A stretch of DNA of 64,000 bases from Hemiscyllium ocellatum (GCF_020745735.1 NC_083401.1:85371740-85435739), one strand, 5' to 3'; numbered from the stretch's first letter, positions 26,580 to 40,149 are shown. Notes: generated by a model from the sequence alone, not told the origin. Program-made: numbers and translations.

Positions 26580-26813
26580 CTGTATCTGCATCAGTGGCTT
26601 GAACTCTTGTTAACAGTGTCTTATTAGCTGTGTTTTCAAAGACAGATACAGTGTATGGATCAGCTGAAAACACTGGTGCATTATCATTCACATCCTCCAG
26701 TATTATCACAACATCAGCCTGGCAGAAGCGACCTCCTCCATCAGTGGCTTTCATCAATAGGTTATAAACTGCTTGCTCTTCACGATCGAGTGGAGCTAAA
26801 GTTTTCAATTCAC
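26580..26813 (-). CDS. FAT1: FAT1 exon 13 equivalent, 234 nt
   Basis: CTTAG acceptor, GTAGGA donor; (G)[16 protein letters not shown]...[10 protein letters not shown]...ATDADT(G); phase 1/1. Confidence 0.96.
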
Positions 26814-27226
26814 CTAAGTAGTTAATTTAAATTCAAGTTAGATGCGAAAATGATCAGTTGACAAGTTTTACATTTTCTTGATATTAGCACTTGATTTTCA
26901 TCTGACTTTCAACAGATATTAGAACTCAATAACTGTTCAGTCTACTTTCTCCAGCCATCCTACAAAGCAATACCATTTAACAGATTTTCATTATGTACCC
27001 AATAATCCATTAGCTTTTGGCATGGATGTCAATTTCTTTTCATTCAACAATCTTAATTAATTTTCTGTAAGGAGATTAAAAGTAACAAATTAATTCAACT
27101 GTGGGAGAAATACATTTTGAAGCAAATGTTGGAAAGTTTGTTACAATTTATGAAGTGTATCAATCTTGGAAAATGAACGGAAGTATCACATCTTATGACA
27201 CAAGAAGTGAGAGTGAATATCCTCAC

Positions 27227-27380
27227 CGGTATCTGGATCTAGTCTGAATTTCTCCGAACCAGTTCCATGGAGGGTGTAAGTGATTTCAGCATTTGAACGA
27301 ATATCTGCATCTTCAGCCAGGACCACAAGAATTAGTTTGCCAGAAGGAACATCCTCTGCAATTGTCTCAATGTATAGTGT
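27227..27380 (-). CDS. FAT1: FAT1 exon 12 equivalent, 154 nt
   Basis: TTCTTTTTAG acceptor, GTGAGG donor; hand translation TLYIETIAEDVPSGKLILVVLAEDADIRSNAEITYTLHGTGSEKFRLDPDT(G); phase 0/1. Confidence 0.96.
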
Positions 27381-27842
27381 CTAAAAAGAAAAATAACATT
27401 CTACTCAGCAGTTTTCATTTCATTTCACCCACAAACCTTGAAATAACTGGCAGATGATGGAACCATTGAAGAAAAATGCTGCTGCAGATTCTCACACTAT
27501 TTTAAGGATCCACTATTACCAGTCAAAATCTTTCAAACCTCCTCCTACACCAAATCAGCTTTGCTTGATCATTTACCGTTTATTACTGATGGAACAAGAT
27601 TGAGAGATAGTAATTTATTACATCTCGTAAACCAATTCTCACCATTTGATGATTACCGTCCCGAATACAATGGTTCTAAAGATCTTGTACTTCAATAAGA
27701 ATGTCTAATACCATTTAATCTTCCACGGCATCACACATGGCAAATTTAAACTGAGTGCAAGCTTCAGATCAAATGGCATTGAACAGTTAGGGATAATAGG
27801 ATTAAAATGGCATTCAAATCCTACTTAAAGTCATACACCTTC

Positions 27843-27946
27843 TGGGAGAAAGTGAGGACTGCAGATGCTGGAGAACCGAATCTGGAAGAGCACAGACCAG
27901 GCAGCATCTGAAGAGGAGATGCGCGTTTACAGCCCTTCATCAGGTA
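27843..27946 (-). mobile_element. Penelope-like terminal fragment with eroded TSD
   Basis: GGGAGAAAGTGAGGACTGCAGATGCTGG...AGCCCTTCATCAGG; flanks TCATACACCTTC (27831) and TCATATACATTC (27947), 10/12 match. Confidence 0.65.
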
Positions 27947-28249
27947 TCATATACATTCGGTCCTAGTTGTTCATAATTTTATGATGATTTTTATAATTAA
28001 AGTTGCTAAGTAAATACAACTTGTTGCAGTAGATGTTCTTAAAGAAATAATTGCATTGATTAGAGAAAGGGTATAATCAATGATTATGATTTGACATAGT
28101 TTCAATCATACAACACTAATTGGTGGAGACAGATGGATTTTTTAACAGACAAATATTAAATAATCCACTAGAAAAGGAAATTAAAAACAAATCTGTATTT
28201 GAATTGCTCCCTGACCTTTTGTTGAATTGAGAGGTTGATTTCAACAAAG

Positions 28250-28580
28250 CTAAGTGGGTACCACGCTGCCATTCAATATTTGATTCCAGCCTTGGGCAAC
28301 TGTCTGTATGGTGTGTGCACATTCTCCCCATTCTGCGTGGGTTTCCTCCGGGTGCTCCGGTTTCCTCCCACAGCCCAAATGGGTGCAGGTCAGGTGAATT
28401 GGCCTTGCTAATTTGTCCATGGTATTCAAGGTTGTGTAGGTTAGGTGCATTAGTCAGGGGAAAATGTAGAGTAATAGGGTAGTGGAATGGGTCTGGATGA
28501 GTTACACTTTGGAAAGTTGGTGTGGAGTTGGTGGGCTAAATGACCTGTTTCCACACTGTCGGGATTCTGTGAATCTATGA
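28250..28580 (+). mobile_element. HE1-type SINE
   Basis: Core GTGGGTTTCCTCCGGGTGCTCCGGTTTCCTCCCACAG; tail CCTGTTTCCACACTG. Confidence 0.85.
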
Positions 28581-30448
28581 ATTAAAGCAAGATTATTTAA
28601 ACCTTGTATACATCATCTTTAGAGTATTGTGTACCATTTGGGAACTACCTTCCACAGGACTTGGTGGATTGGAGCAGGATTTAGAAGTGATGGCTATTAC
28701 ATTCCTTACTTGAAATTGCAAGAGCTGGTCTAATTTTTCAATGAGGAAAATGGCCAAGAAGCAATGAAGCTGTAAGAGCTGGTGAATCTGAGAGAAAATA
28801 TTTTTGTACAATGAGATAAAATTAATGGAGCCTCAAAAAGAGATTCTTTTCATGGATATGGCGAATCAGACATTCAGAGAAAGCATTATGACTTAATTAA
28901 TATATTTAAAGCAGAGTAGAAGATATACCGGGTAAGGAAGAAGATGCAAGTTGATGAAACAGTGTAAATAATGGACTTAAAGGGGGTATGGCCTTTCTGT
29001 TGTACCTTGTTTTCCCAATTAGATCACAAATATGAGAATGTGCGCCCTTTAGGCACAAGATTGATCAATGCTCATCAAACTTTGGTCATAGAAACAAGGA
29101 AAAAAATATGTTCATGTCATTCTCGATGGTTTGGCCGTTTAATGTGCCTATAGCCTTGGTGCAACACTGTACTTTCCAATTCCCACCACCATCATACAGG
29201 TAACAATGCACATAACTGAAGTTTTGTATGACAAACATCCAGCATCATTAGGCATACTGAAGTGCCAAAGTTTAAATGGTCAGAACAAAAGTTGTCTTTT
29301 ATCGCATTCCCTTTAAGAATTCAATAGGCATAGGAATCCGATTTGCATATTAAAGGAGCTGAAGGCATGTTCCATCTGGAGAATAAAAGTCATCTAAGCC
29401 ATTTTGATGTCCAGTCGATTTCTCGTACTGGCACAACAGATTACAATGCATACATTGCATTTCTAACTCTGATTTAAGACCAGAAAAACTGGGTGTCATG
29501 ATACCAATGTTAATTTCAGATCTCCAGCACCCCTGGTTCTTTACTTATGTCATGATGCAATTTATCCTCTGAATACAGAGGCAAACAAACACTAAGCAAG
29601 ATTTTGACCAAAACAAATCTGTCAAAAGTACAACAGGCAAACTTCCACCTGGAGAGAAACAGTGCAGCAAAGTCATTTTGGGGGGATAAAAACAATTTTT
29701 AGACTGGAGCTGTGACTCATTCTGCACATAAGTAAAAGAGAAGTGGAGGGATTACATTGGTCAAGAAGCTACAAGATACAAAATTCTGATAAATCTGCTC
29801 TCTGTGGCTTAGGTCATCACGTATTTTAAGTTTGAACAGTAAAAAATGCATAAGAATTTTTTTGAAAATCTGTTTTTATCAAGTGTGCCATCAGCTTTTC
29901 ATGAATCCTATCCAGCACTTTGTTTATCGGACATGATCACAACTGAGAAACACCATCTGTTTGATACTATGAATTGAATCACTGAGCCAGATAAATGATA
30001 TTGTCATGTGACCTTTTAAAGAGCTTGTGTAGCTCCCTTCATTGCAATTACCAAATATACAGTAATTTCAAAAATTCTTAAGGTTCAAACTTACATTAAG
30101 AATTAAATTTTTTAAAAAATCCATCTGGTGCAGTAAATTGTAAATTCAGGAGAAATATCTATCTACAGTGGTTAGAATAAGAAACTCAAGCTCAAGGAAT
30201 AGCTGCAGAGTGAGTATTGTAGTTGAATTCTAGGGCAAATCTTGACAAGCATATGAAAAGGAAAGGAACAAAAGCACAGGAGTGAGACAAAGGCAGCTGG
30301 AAGGGGGCTTCGGTGGATTATTAACATTGGGATGGACTTAATAGGCTGAATCATCCGTTTCTGCCCTGTAACTACTTTGCAACTTGGTAATGCTCCTTAG
30401 ACTGTCAAGAAATAAATTATGAAGTTATTGCTCATATGTTATGCATTG

Positions 30449-31160
30449 TGTTATGGAGGTGTAGGTGTGTACTGTACCTTTGAGAGAGATTGGAGGCTGG
30501 CACAGACTCAGAGAGGCACAAAGTGTGCTGAAAGAATTTAAAAAGTACCATTTGACTGTGAAACTAATAGTGCAGTTGAGTTGCCATGGTATACAACAAA
30601 TTTGAATTTGGCCAATTAGTTGAAATTATGCCCCAAGATCCCAAATCCAATCAAATTTGAAATATTATGTTTTGATGACATCAAACCAACGAAGTGATCT
30701 GATGTTTTGGGTTATAAAATTGGACATTTCGAAAAGTTAGAGAGAGAACTACCAAGAAACCCAACAAGTATAGCCAAATAACTCTCTGAAAGGTACCCGT
30801 CCGTAAAAACACTTGGGCAGAAGAGTGGGAGATAACTCAGAAAAACCCAGAGGAAAACTGACAAAGCTGTCTAGTTTTGAAATGTGATTTTTTTTGTAAA
30901 CCTTAATCAGGATTTTTTTTTGAAAACATCAGACCAGTATTGTAAAGTGGGAGTTAAAAGAAATGTTTAAGAGAAAGGAGTTGTAAATAGTTTTGGTTTT
31001 AATTTTCTCAGGTGGACTTGAAGAAGAAAATTGTGAATTTTTACTTTAAATTGTGACCTCTGGGATCATTCTTATTCTCTCAAAATTTAACATGTTTTGG
31101 CACAAGGTGAGCTTCTGTGTCAGGTTTAAATTAGAAGAGAGGTTTACTCTGGAGACAACA
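30449..31160 (+). mobile_element. Solo LTR, 712 bp (Gypsy- or ERV-like)
   Basis: Termini TGTT...AACA, 4-bp TSD ATTG (30445-8, 31161-4), CCAAT motifs and TATAAAA (30713-9) on plus strand. Confidence 0.75.
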
Positions 31161-31213
31161 ATTGCATTTATATATTAATTGCTTGCAATAATTTCTGCAC
31201 ATCCAACACTCAC

Positions 31214-31410
31214 CTTCTCGCAAGTAGGACTGTTATCATTTGCATCAAGGACTTTAACTTCTACTACAGCTTTAGCCACTAATGTCCCATCAGTCGCTGT
31301 AATGTTCAGAAGGTAATGATCTTTCTTCTCTCTATCCAAAGGTTTTCTGACATAAACCTTCCATTCATTTTGAATGTGCTCAATTGCATATTGTCCCAGA
31401 GGATCTCCTC
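31214..31410 (-). CDS. FAT1: FAT1 exon 11 equivalent, 197 nt
   Basis: CTTTTCAG acceptor, GTGAGT donor; hand translation (G)GDPLGQYAIEHIQNEWKVYVRKPLDREKKDHYLLNITATDG...VLDANDNSPTCEK; not in ORF track; phase 1/0. Confidence 0.96.
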
Positions 31411-31779
31411 CTGAAAAGTAGTTTAAAATTGGCAGTTATGAGCGTACTGTCACATCAAAGGGATTAGTACTAACTGCTGTGTAATCATCAATACCTCTGT
31501 TTAGTCAATAGTTCGAACCATTTTGAAAACATTTCTGAAGATGTGTGCACCAGCAAATGCTGTCAGTAATCAACTTGGTTAGATTACAATAGACATTAAA
31601 GGCGTGGTTGTTCTAATAAATGAATGTAAGAACTTTATTATGAGATGATAATGCTCTGGCTTCTGATAGTCATCCTGTAACTTCTGGGAGTTTGAGCCTG
31701 GGTAACAAATTTCAGCAGGCTGTTGAATGTGAAGAAATTCATAGTCAAGTCCAAATTATCACTAAAATGTCAACTCATG

Positions 31780-31898
31780 AGGGTCACTGGACCCAAAACA
31801 GTAATTGACTTCCCTGCACAGATGCTGCCAGACATGCCAAGCTTTTCTAGCAATTTGTTTTTGTTTGATGTATAGCATCTGCAGTTCTTCTGCTTTTT
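31780..31898 (+). mobile_element. Penelope-like insert (second family) with perfect 13-bp TSD
   Basis: ATGTCAACTCATG at 31767-31779 and 31899-31911; begins at stem II GGGTC-ACTG-GACCC. Confidence 0.75.
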
Positions 31899-33314
31899 AT
31901 GTCAACTCATGCACTAATTGGAATATGATGAACAGGAGACACGAGGCAGCTATTGGCATTTAGCCCACAAACAAATCTTTATGTCTGTATTAGAAACAAA
32001 ACATAACAATTGACACAATTTCAAAGGTGAGCTGTTGCATAGATTGGGAATCGAGTATAGGTATCTGGTGTACATAGCCAAGTGCTGCATTTAGTTGCAT
32101 CTTCACCTATTTGTTTCTGAAAAAAAAACAGTTCAGTCAATAAAATCGAAGTAGTAGTAAAGACATTTCTACTGCTTAAAGTGGACTGTAGTGTCTGGTG
32201 TTGACATTAAACAAAACTATTTTTAATTGATTTCACATTCTATTTCAACTTGAATGGAAAACAGAGATTGCAATTTTAATGCTGGCTAGTAATTTTAGAT
32301 TCCAACTTCCATCTCGGTGGAGAATGAAAGCAAAATAAACTCTCCTTCCCAAGTTTTGACTGTGGGCTTAGGCTGTAATATTAAAATAAAATATAGCAGA
32401 GAATCACTTATACCATGGCTGTACACCATGAAAAGCATTTGAAAGTTCAGTTTATCTGGTCAAATTCTTATAAGAACAGTTCTTCGTACATGGTTTAGCT
32501 GGTAGCACATTACTGCACATGCAAACAAAATTTGTTTCCTAACAAGGCTTTCTGTAAAACAAAATCAATTACAGTCTGTTCGTAACTCCCACTCTGCCTC
32601 AATAATGTACTTCCCAAGGGTGACAGCTTCAATAAGCAATCAGAAAAGGCTAACCTTTACAACTTTAAATCCAATTGAACTTATCAGCAGCTAAATACAA
32701 AAAGAATTCTGCACAACGCAAACACAGAATTTCATTACACCAATAAGAATTACTCTATCATTCAAAACCAAATCAATGGAAACTGAAAATGTAAATAACA
32801 ATCATTTCCAAACTATCATTTTGGAAACAATTTATACTGCGAGATGAAGAAATCCATACTTCCATCTGAAAGAAGGTTCACTGTTATCCAGATATAGGGC
32901 TAAATAATTACCCAACAACAATATAACTAGTGGAGAAACTTGTGGAAGGAGCAGTTCAACAATCGTTCTGTAAAATATGGCATTTTGCCAAATTTACAGT
33001 TTACTTTGTTTAATCTAATGCTTCAGAGTCCAAACACTGGCAAAGTTAAATTCCTAACATTCTTCTATTTGGTCACGAACTATCAAGCTGAAAAGTTGTT
33101 AAAATCCTTTTTTGGGTACAGGAGTTTCGAATCATGATCTGTCTATACCTGTTCACCTTTGAAGAAAGCAGCAGCCAAACCTGCTGCTGCCTCATTTACT
33201 TGATAGTAGTGTTACACTTGCTCCTCAAAAATCATCAGTCCTGTCTTAAATAGAAAGCTTACTCAGTGCAGAGGAGCTACTGCTCATAGACACTTTCTGC
33301 ATGAGGAAGTTATG

Positions 33315-35145
33315 TAAGAACATAAAAACAGAAGAAACTGGGGTAGACCATTCAGTCCTTCGAATCTGCTCCACTTGTCAATATAACCATGGCTGATTTA
33401 TATAGCCTCCATTTCACTTCACTGCAGGTTCTCCAGAATCCATGAACATCAGGCCAGACAAAAATCTGTGTTGCTCAGCTGTGCATATATTAAATGACAC
33501 AGCCTTTATTCCTCACTGAGGTAGAGTATTCCAAACATGAATCACCCTCAGAAAAAAAAACTGCTCCTCTTCACCAGTTTACAAGGACAGTTTGATACTA
33601 ACTTACTCCCCTGGATAAGCTGTTAATGAGGATGATTTGAGAATGGTTCTCTTGCTTACTAAATTCTTGTCCTATGGATTAGCCCTTCCCCACACCTCCC
33701 TTTCAGATATTCTGCTTATTGGTGCCCAGCAATTGCTTTCTTTCCAGCCACACAAATCACAGGATGGCAGGGGGTTACCTTCCTCTTTAAATCCTTTCAA
33801 TGGTCTAGCCTCCACAACTCTCTGGGGTACAGAAGTTAATACCTTTACTACTCTCTGGAAGGAACTTCTTCATATCCCATTTTTAAATGCATGTCCCTTT
33901 ATTCGATAACTCTGCCTGCTAGTTTGAGATCCCCCTACGAGTGGAAACATCTCTCACACTTACCTCATGTTTCAACAAGATCACCCCTCATTTTCCTAAA
34001 CTCTAATGTAGAAAGGCCTAACTTATTTAGCTGTTTTTGATAAGGTAACCTCTTCCTCTCAGGAATCAGCCTGGTACATCTCCTTTTAATGCCTCCACTG
34101 ACCAAAATATTCTTTCTTACATACAGGGACCAAAACGGTGGACACTACTCCAGATACGACCTCAAGTAATGAAAGATTGTGCTCAGTGGGATTCCACAGG
34201 GATCAGTTTTGGGGTTGTTGCCATTAGTGGTTAAAAGAAATAATTGAGACTTGAATACAGGAGAGTTATCAGTAAGTTCACAGACTATACGGAAATTAGT
34301 GGGGTGGTTAAAAGTGGATAGACATAGATCACAGGAGGATGCTGATGGGTTGGTCAGACAAGCTGAGTTGCAAATGGAACTCAATCCACATAAAGCGTGA
34401 ACAGAACAAACAAGACATAATGAACAGTAGGCCCCTAGCAAGCACAAAGGATAAGCTGACCTTAGCATGCATGTCCACCAGTCCTTTTGACACAGGACAG
34501 GTAGATAAAGTGGTTAAGAGGGCATGTGGAATACTCACGTTTATCAGTTGATGCACAGAGCATAAGTGCAGAAAGATTATGCTTCAATTGTACAAAAGGT
34601 TGGTTAGGCCACAGATACAGCACTTTGAACAGTTTTGGAATCCACACTATAGAACAGAAGTGTCATAGAGATGTTTGCACTGAAGAGAGTGTAAAAGAGA
34701 TTTATCAGAATGTTGCCTGGGCTGGCGATTTTAATTATGAAGGGAGATTGGATAGACTGGGGCTGTTTTCCTTGGAGCAGAGGAGACTGAAGGGGGGGAC
34801 ATGATTAAGATGTGTAAATTTGTGAGGGATAGAGACAGGGAGACAGCAAGAAACTTTATCCTTTGCTGGAAGGAACAATGACCAACAGCATAGATTTAAC
34901 ACGAGGGACAGAGGGTTTAGAGGAGATGTGAGGAAAAATGTTTTTCACATAGGTGGTGGAAATCTGGAACTCATTGCCTGTCAAGGTGGTTCAGACCGAA
35001 ACCGTCATAACATTTAAGATGCACACATGATGTTAAGACATACAAAGCTGTGGAGCATGTGTTGGAAAATGGGATTAGGTGCTTGTTTTTGATTGGTGCA
35101 GACTCGATAGGCTGAAGGGACTTCTACTGTGCTGTGGACCTCTAT
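33315..35145. mobile_element. Two CR1 3-prime fragments head to head (minus about 33315-34165, plus about 34170-35145)
   Basis: SGIPQGSVLG, YEGRLDRLGLFSLEQRRLKG motifs and CR1 tails. Confidence 0.75.
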
Positions 35146-36078
35146 GATATTGCAAAACACTCAGCAAATCATGGACAAGACTATATAAGGTTTTAAATTA
35201 TACATAACACATACCATACCTGTATCATATTAATACTATGCACTATGGATTCAAATTCTGACCCCATGTTAAGTTTAAGTGAAGATCTGAGTGGAACACT
35301 GAAATTCTTGAATACAATCAGAAGTTTTGGATACATGCATGTTCAAACAAAAACTCAGGTACGTCAATTTTTACCTAAAATTTAAAACGCCCAATTACAG
35401 AAAACAACTAGTCAATTTTAGTGTAAATATTCTGGGATAAATTGTTATGGATTAGACTATTACAGACATGTCTATAAAATTACTAACCATTTATATCATA
35501 CAAAGCAGAATTGTTTTCCACCCACTTACATCCTCAAAAATGGAGCTGCTCACAAAATGTGTGCCCCAAGCAGGATGCTAAAGGATGGCCTGAATTTTGG
35601 CCTTGGGCCCCACTCGTGCTATCTGGGCAAAGTCATGGGCAGAGTCCGAAGTCTCCTTGCCTCATTGTGTTTTTTTTAATATTTGCCATAGAACTTTCTT
35701 TTTAAAAATACACAGGATATTGGTCTCCAGAACTGACTACCTGTACCAGCTTTTCCAACAATAATAAGGATGTAAAATGGGTGAACTTTGAACTAAAAAC
35801 TACTTGGTTTTAAACTTCAGAACTAGTAAGTATGGTAGAGGTCTGTAGCTTTGCGATTAATGGATTTAAAAAGTGGTCTTAAGCAACCTTCTGCAGATAA
35901 ATAAAATGCCATGATTTAGATCTAACAGCAAGGCATGAGAAATATAAATTTGCTAATTTTAACATGTCAGCCCTATCAACTGATAAAACATATATAGACA
36001 TTTTAACAAGTAAATTGTTAACGTAAAATGCAGTCATCAAGATCTGCACAAAGTACTGTACTTTGACAAAGTCCTTAC

Positions 36079-39000
36079 CTGTAATGTAGCAGGTAACTTG
36101 TCTATTGACTTCTTCAGTGTCAGCATCTGTTGTACTCAAGATGGCTATCACTCCACCCGGTGGGTCATCTTCACTCACAGTCCCTTTGTAGACTTCAGCG
36201 GTAAAGCGTGGAGGATTATCATTGACATCACTAACAGTGACATCCACTACTGAAGTAGTGGACAATTGCACCTTTTCTCCTTGATCAGATGCTACTACAA
36301 TGATGTTGTACTTCTTCTGCTCCTCATGGTCCAATTCTTTGAGAGTAGTTATCCAACCTGTTTCACTGTTAATGGTGAAGAGTTCCAGTGTATGATCAAG
36401 TTCCTGAGACTGAGCTAAACTATAAGTCACCTGACCGTTTGTGCCAGAATCCAGATCTGTCGCTTTTACTTGAATGACTGTGGTTCCTTCAGGTAGGTTT
36501 TCCACAACAAAGGCTTCATATGGATTAGAATCAAAAACAGGTGCATTATCATTTTCATCTTTTACTTGAATACGCACATCCACAGAAGAAACTATTTCAT
36601 ATTCCTCAAAGGGATATTGTGCCATGACTGTAATCTGGTACCATTTAGTTGTTTCATGATCAAGTTTCTTTTCAGTTTTTAATCTTCCAGTGTCACGTTC
36701 TATGGCGAATATTTGATCCACGTTACTTTCAGGGGTATTACCCTTCACAAGACTGTATGCTATCTGTTGATCATTTTCTGCTCGAATAACATCAATCTCA
36801 GTCCCGATATTGATTTCTTCAGAGATTGTGAATGTGTAGAAGGGTTCAGGAAATACTGGAAGTGGAACTTCAGGTGGGAGTATTCTAACATAGATGGGAA
36901 CAAGAGATTCCTGCTGTGGTACTCCACCATCTTTGGCTCTCACAAAGAAAGTATAAAAGTGGTTTTCCAGCCCAACCAGACTCTCTTTGGTACTAATGAT
37001 CCCAGAAATTGAATCAATTTGAAGGTTTTCTTCAACACTGTCAGAATCTGCCTCAATGGTGTAGGCAATATCTGCATTACTTCCTTCATCGGCATCTGAT
37101 GCTATGATCTTAATGACCGAAGATCCCTTCGGAGCGTATGCACCAATGTTTACCATGTACTCTGTAGCTCGGAACTGAGGCACATTATCATTTTCATCAG
37201 TAAGTATAACATTGACATTGCAGAAAGCCACTTTACCACCACCATCTTTTGCCATAACACTAATGACGATTACCTTCTCTAATGGGTTCTCACGATCCAA
37301 TTTTTCCGATGTGAAAATCTTGCCTTTTTGCTCAACAGAAAATTTATCGCTTGCAAAGTCGTTAACAATGTAATAACTTATGTGCCCATATGTGCCAGAG
37401 TCTTCATCGGTAGCCCTTACTTCAGTTACCAGGGTACCAACATCTGAATTTTCAGCCAATTCTACCTCATAGCTAGTTTGATCAAAAACAGGATTATGGA
37501 AATTAGCAGTAACAATGCTCACCCGAACTTCTGCTGAGCTTCGAAAAACACCATCTGATACAGACACACCAAGGTTGTAAACTGCCTCCAAATTCTGTTT
37601 GTGCAAGTTTGCAACTGTAATAATGCCGGAGTTACTGTCAATTGCAAAATTCACATGCTCATTGCCTGAGATAATTGAATATTGAAGTTTCTCCACGTCA
37701 GACATATCTGCATCAGAAGCTTGAACATGCATTACAAAATGCCCACGAGTTACAGGCTCACGTATGGAGGCTTGGTACAACAGTTCATTAAACAATGGTG
37801 GGTTGTCATTCAAATCAGTGATATGGACAGTTAGAATAATATCACTAGAAAGTTGAGGTTTTCCACTATCCAGGGCTCTAACAAGGAGATTATACTGCTG
37901 AATATGTTCATAATCCAGCATCCGCGCTGTCAAAATGAGGCCACTGGTACTGTCAATGTGAAAATATTCTGAGCTTTTGGTTTCATCTTCTACCAATTGG
38001 TAGTAAAGAATTTTATTCATTCCTGAATCTGAATCAGTAGCAATGACCTGAACCACTGATGTACCTACCACAGAAGCCTCAGACAAAGTGGCAGTGTACT
38101 TTCTCTCTGTAAACACTGGAGGATTATCATTGACATCTTCTATCACAATATCAACAAATACCTCAGCATGAGATCCAGTCAATGAATCTGTTGCTCTTAT
38201 TGTTAACTTATAAGCTGGATGCATTTCAAAGTCTAGTGAACTAATCACACTTACAACTCCAGTGTTGAAGTTGATTGTAAACTGATTGAAAGGATCTCCA
38301 TCTGCGATACTGTAAATGACACGAGGACCTTCTGGACTGTTAGCCTGCACATATACAACAGGAGTATGCAGCTGAATGTCTTCAGGAATTTCAATACTGT
38401 AAAATGTTTTTTCAAATACAGGCATGGCTTTATTTATAACAGTGATAGGTACTTCAACTTCTGATGAAAGTGATTCCTCTCCTCCATCTTTCGCTGCAAC
38501 AATAATAACAAACTCCACATTTGATAGGTTGGGTTCAAAACTCTTTTTCAAGGATATTGCCCCTGATGGTTCTACCTGAAAATGTTCATGTTCTTTTGTG
38601 AGGTAATAGTAAACTTCTCCATTTTTACCAACATCCTTGTCTATGGCAGTGACATGGCGAATAATGTGACCTACTTCAGCATCAACCTGGACTACAGCAT
38701 AATAAGGCAAGTTCACAAAAATTGGAGCATTGTCATTAATGTCTTCAACAGTAACTTTCACAACAACATGAGCAACTCTTGATGATTTCTTTTCTTCACT
38801 CACTTCAACTACTACATCATATACATCTTGTTCTTCACGATCAAATGGAATTCCTGTAGTCGCAAGAACACCTGAAGTGCGGCTTATTTTAAACTTGCTG
38901 TCAGGGTTAAGGATATGGTAAAACAATGGTTCATTCATTTCATTGCCCATTGTGGTAATGATAGCTATGGTTTTGATATCTGTAGAGTTTTCCTTCACCA

Positions 39001-40149
39001 CAGCAGAATATGAGCTTTGTGTGAATTTCAAGTTACTTTCTTGGCTTTCTTTTATACTTACATGTACTGAAGTTGTGCTCGAAAACCTTCCATCACTAGC
39101 TCGAACTGTAAGCTCATACCTGCTTCTCAGCTGAGTCACATTTCTTACTGAAATCAGTCCTGTCTTTGCAGCAATGGAGAACTTCTCACCTATGTTGCCA
39201 TCAATTATGGAATATATTAGATCTGCATTGGAACTAGAGTCCGCATCTGTGGCATTTACAACAACCACTTTCACTCCTTTATAAGTTGGCACAAGGAGAG
39301 ATACCTCATATAGATCCTGAACAAATACTGGAGGGCAATCATTTACATCAATCACGTGAATGGTAACATTTGCTTCATATTCTGCAAATAACTGTGGTTT
39401 TCCACTGTCGTGCACTTGCACAGTAAAATGAAAGATGCTAGTCTCCTCATAGTCTAGCTTCAGGACTGCACGAATAGCACCTGTGCTGGAATCAATGGCA
39501 AAATATTTCTGAGCAGATGGTTCAGCAATCTGATAAGTCAGAAGAGCATTGGATCCTTCATCAGCATCTGTGGCTTGAATTACCAGTGGAGTATTTTTGT
39601 CATTAAGAACCACACTGTTGACATATGCAGATTCACTAATGATTCCAATATACTCTGATTGAGTGAAGACTGGCATATTGTCATTTTCATCTTGCACCTG
39701 TATCAAAACAGTAATATTGGTCGATAAGCCAGCCATATTTGTGGCTTGAACTGTAAGCCGGTACAAAGCCAATTCTTCATTGTCAAGTGCTTCTTGAGTG
39801 ATTATGACACCTGAGTTAGGGTTAATATTAAATGCACCATCAGTATTTCCATCTTTTATTTCGTAAGTTATTGTTGATCGACTGGATGCAGTTGCCAGGA
39901 TGACAAAACTGCCAATACTAGCTCCTTCACTTATTTCTGCATAGTATTCTTTTACTGCAAACTTGGGTGCTGCATTATCGGAAACGGTTACAAAGATGCG
40001 AACAGAAGTAATTGCACTCATTGGAGGCACTCCTCCATCAGTTGCTTTAACAATAAGTTCATATTGTCTCCGTGTACTACGATCCAAACCTTTTGCTACG
40101 ATAACAGTACCCAGAACTGGATTAATGGCAAAACTGTTGGCAGCATTTC
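36079..40149 (-). CDS. FAT1: FAT1 giant exon 10 equivalent, 4071 nt, about 13 cadherin repeats
   Basis: Core of the 1442-aa ORF; TTTACAG acceptor, GTAAGG donor; repeated DxNDNxP, AxDxD, LDxE cadherin motifs; (G)NAANSFAINP...QVTCYIT(G); phase 1/1. Confidence 0.98.

Noticed and set aside
32655-32690. 36-nt AG...GTTAGC exon-like segment in intron 10
   Set aside because: Contains an in-frame TAA in phase 1 and has no independent support; kept only as a possible poison exon
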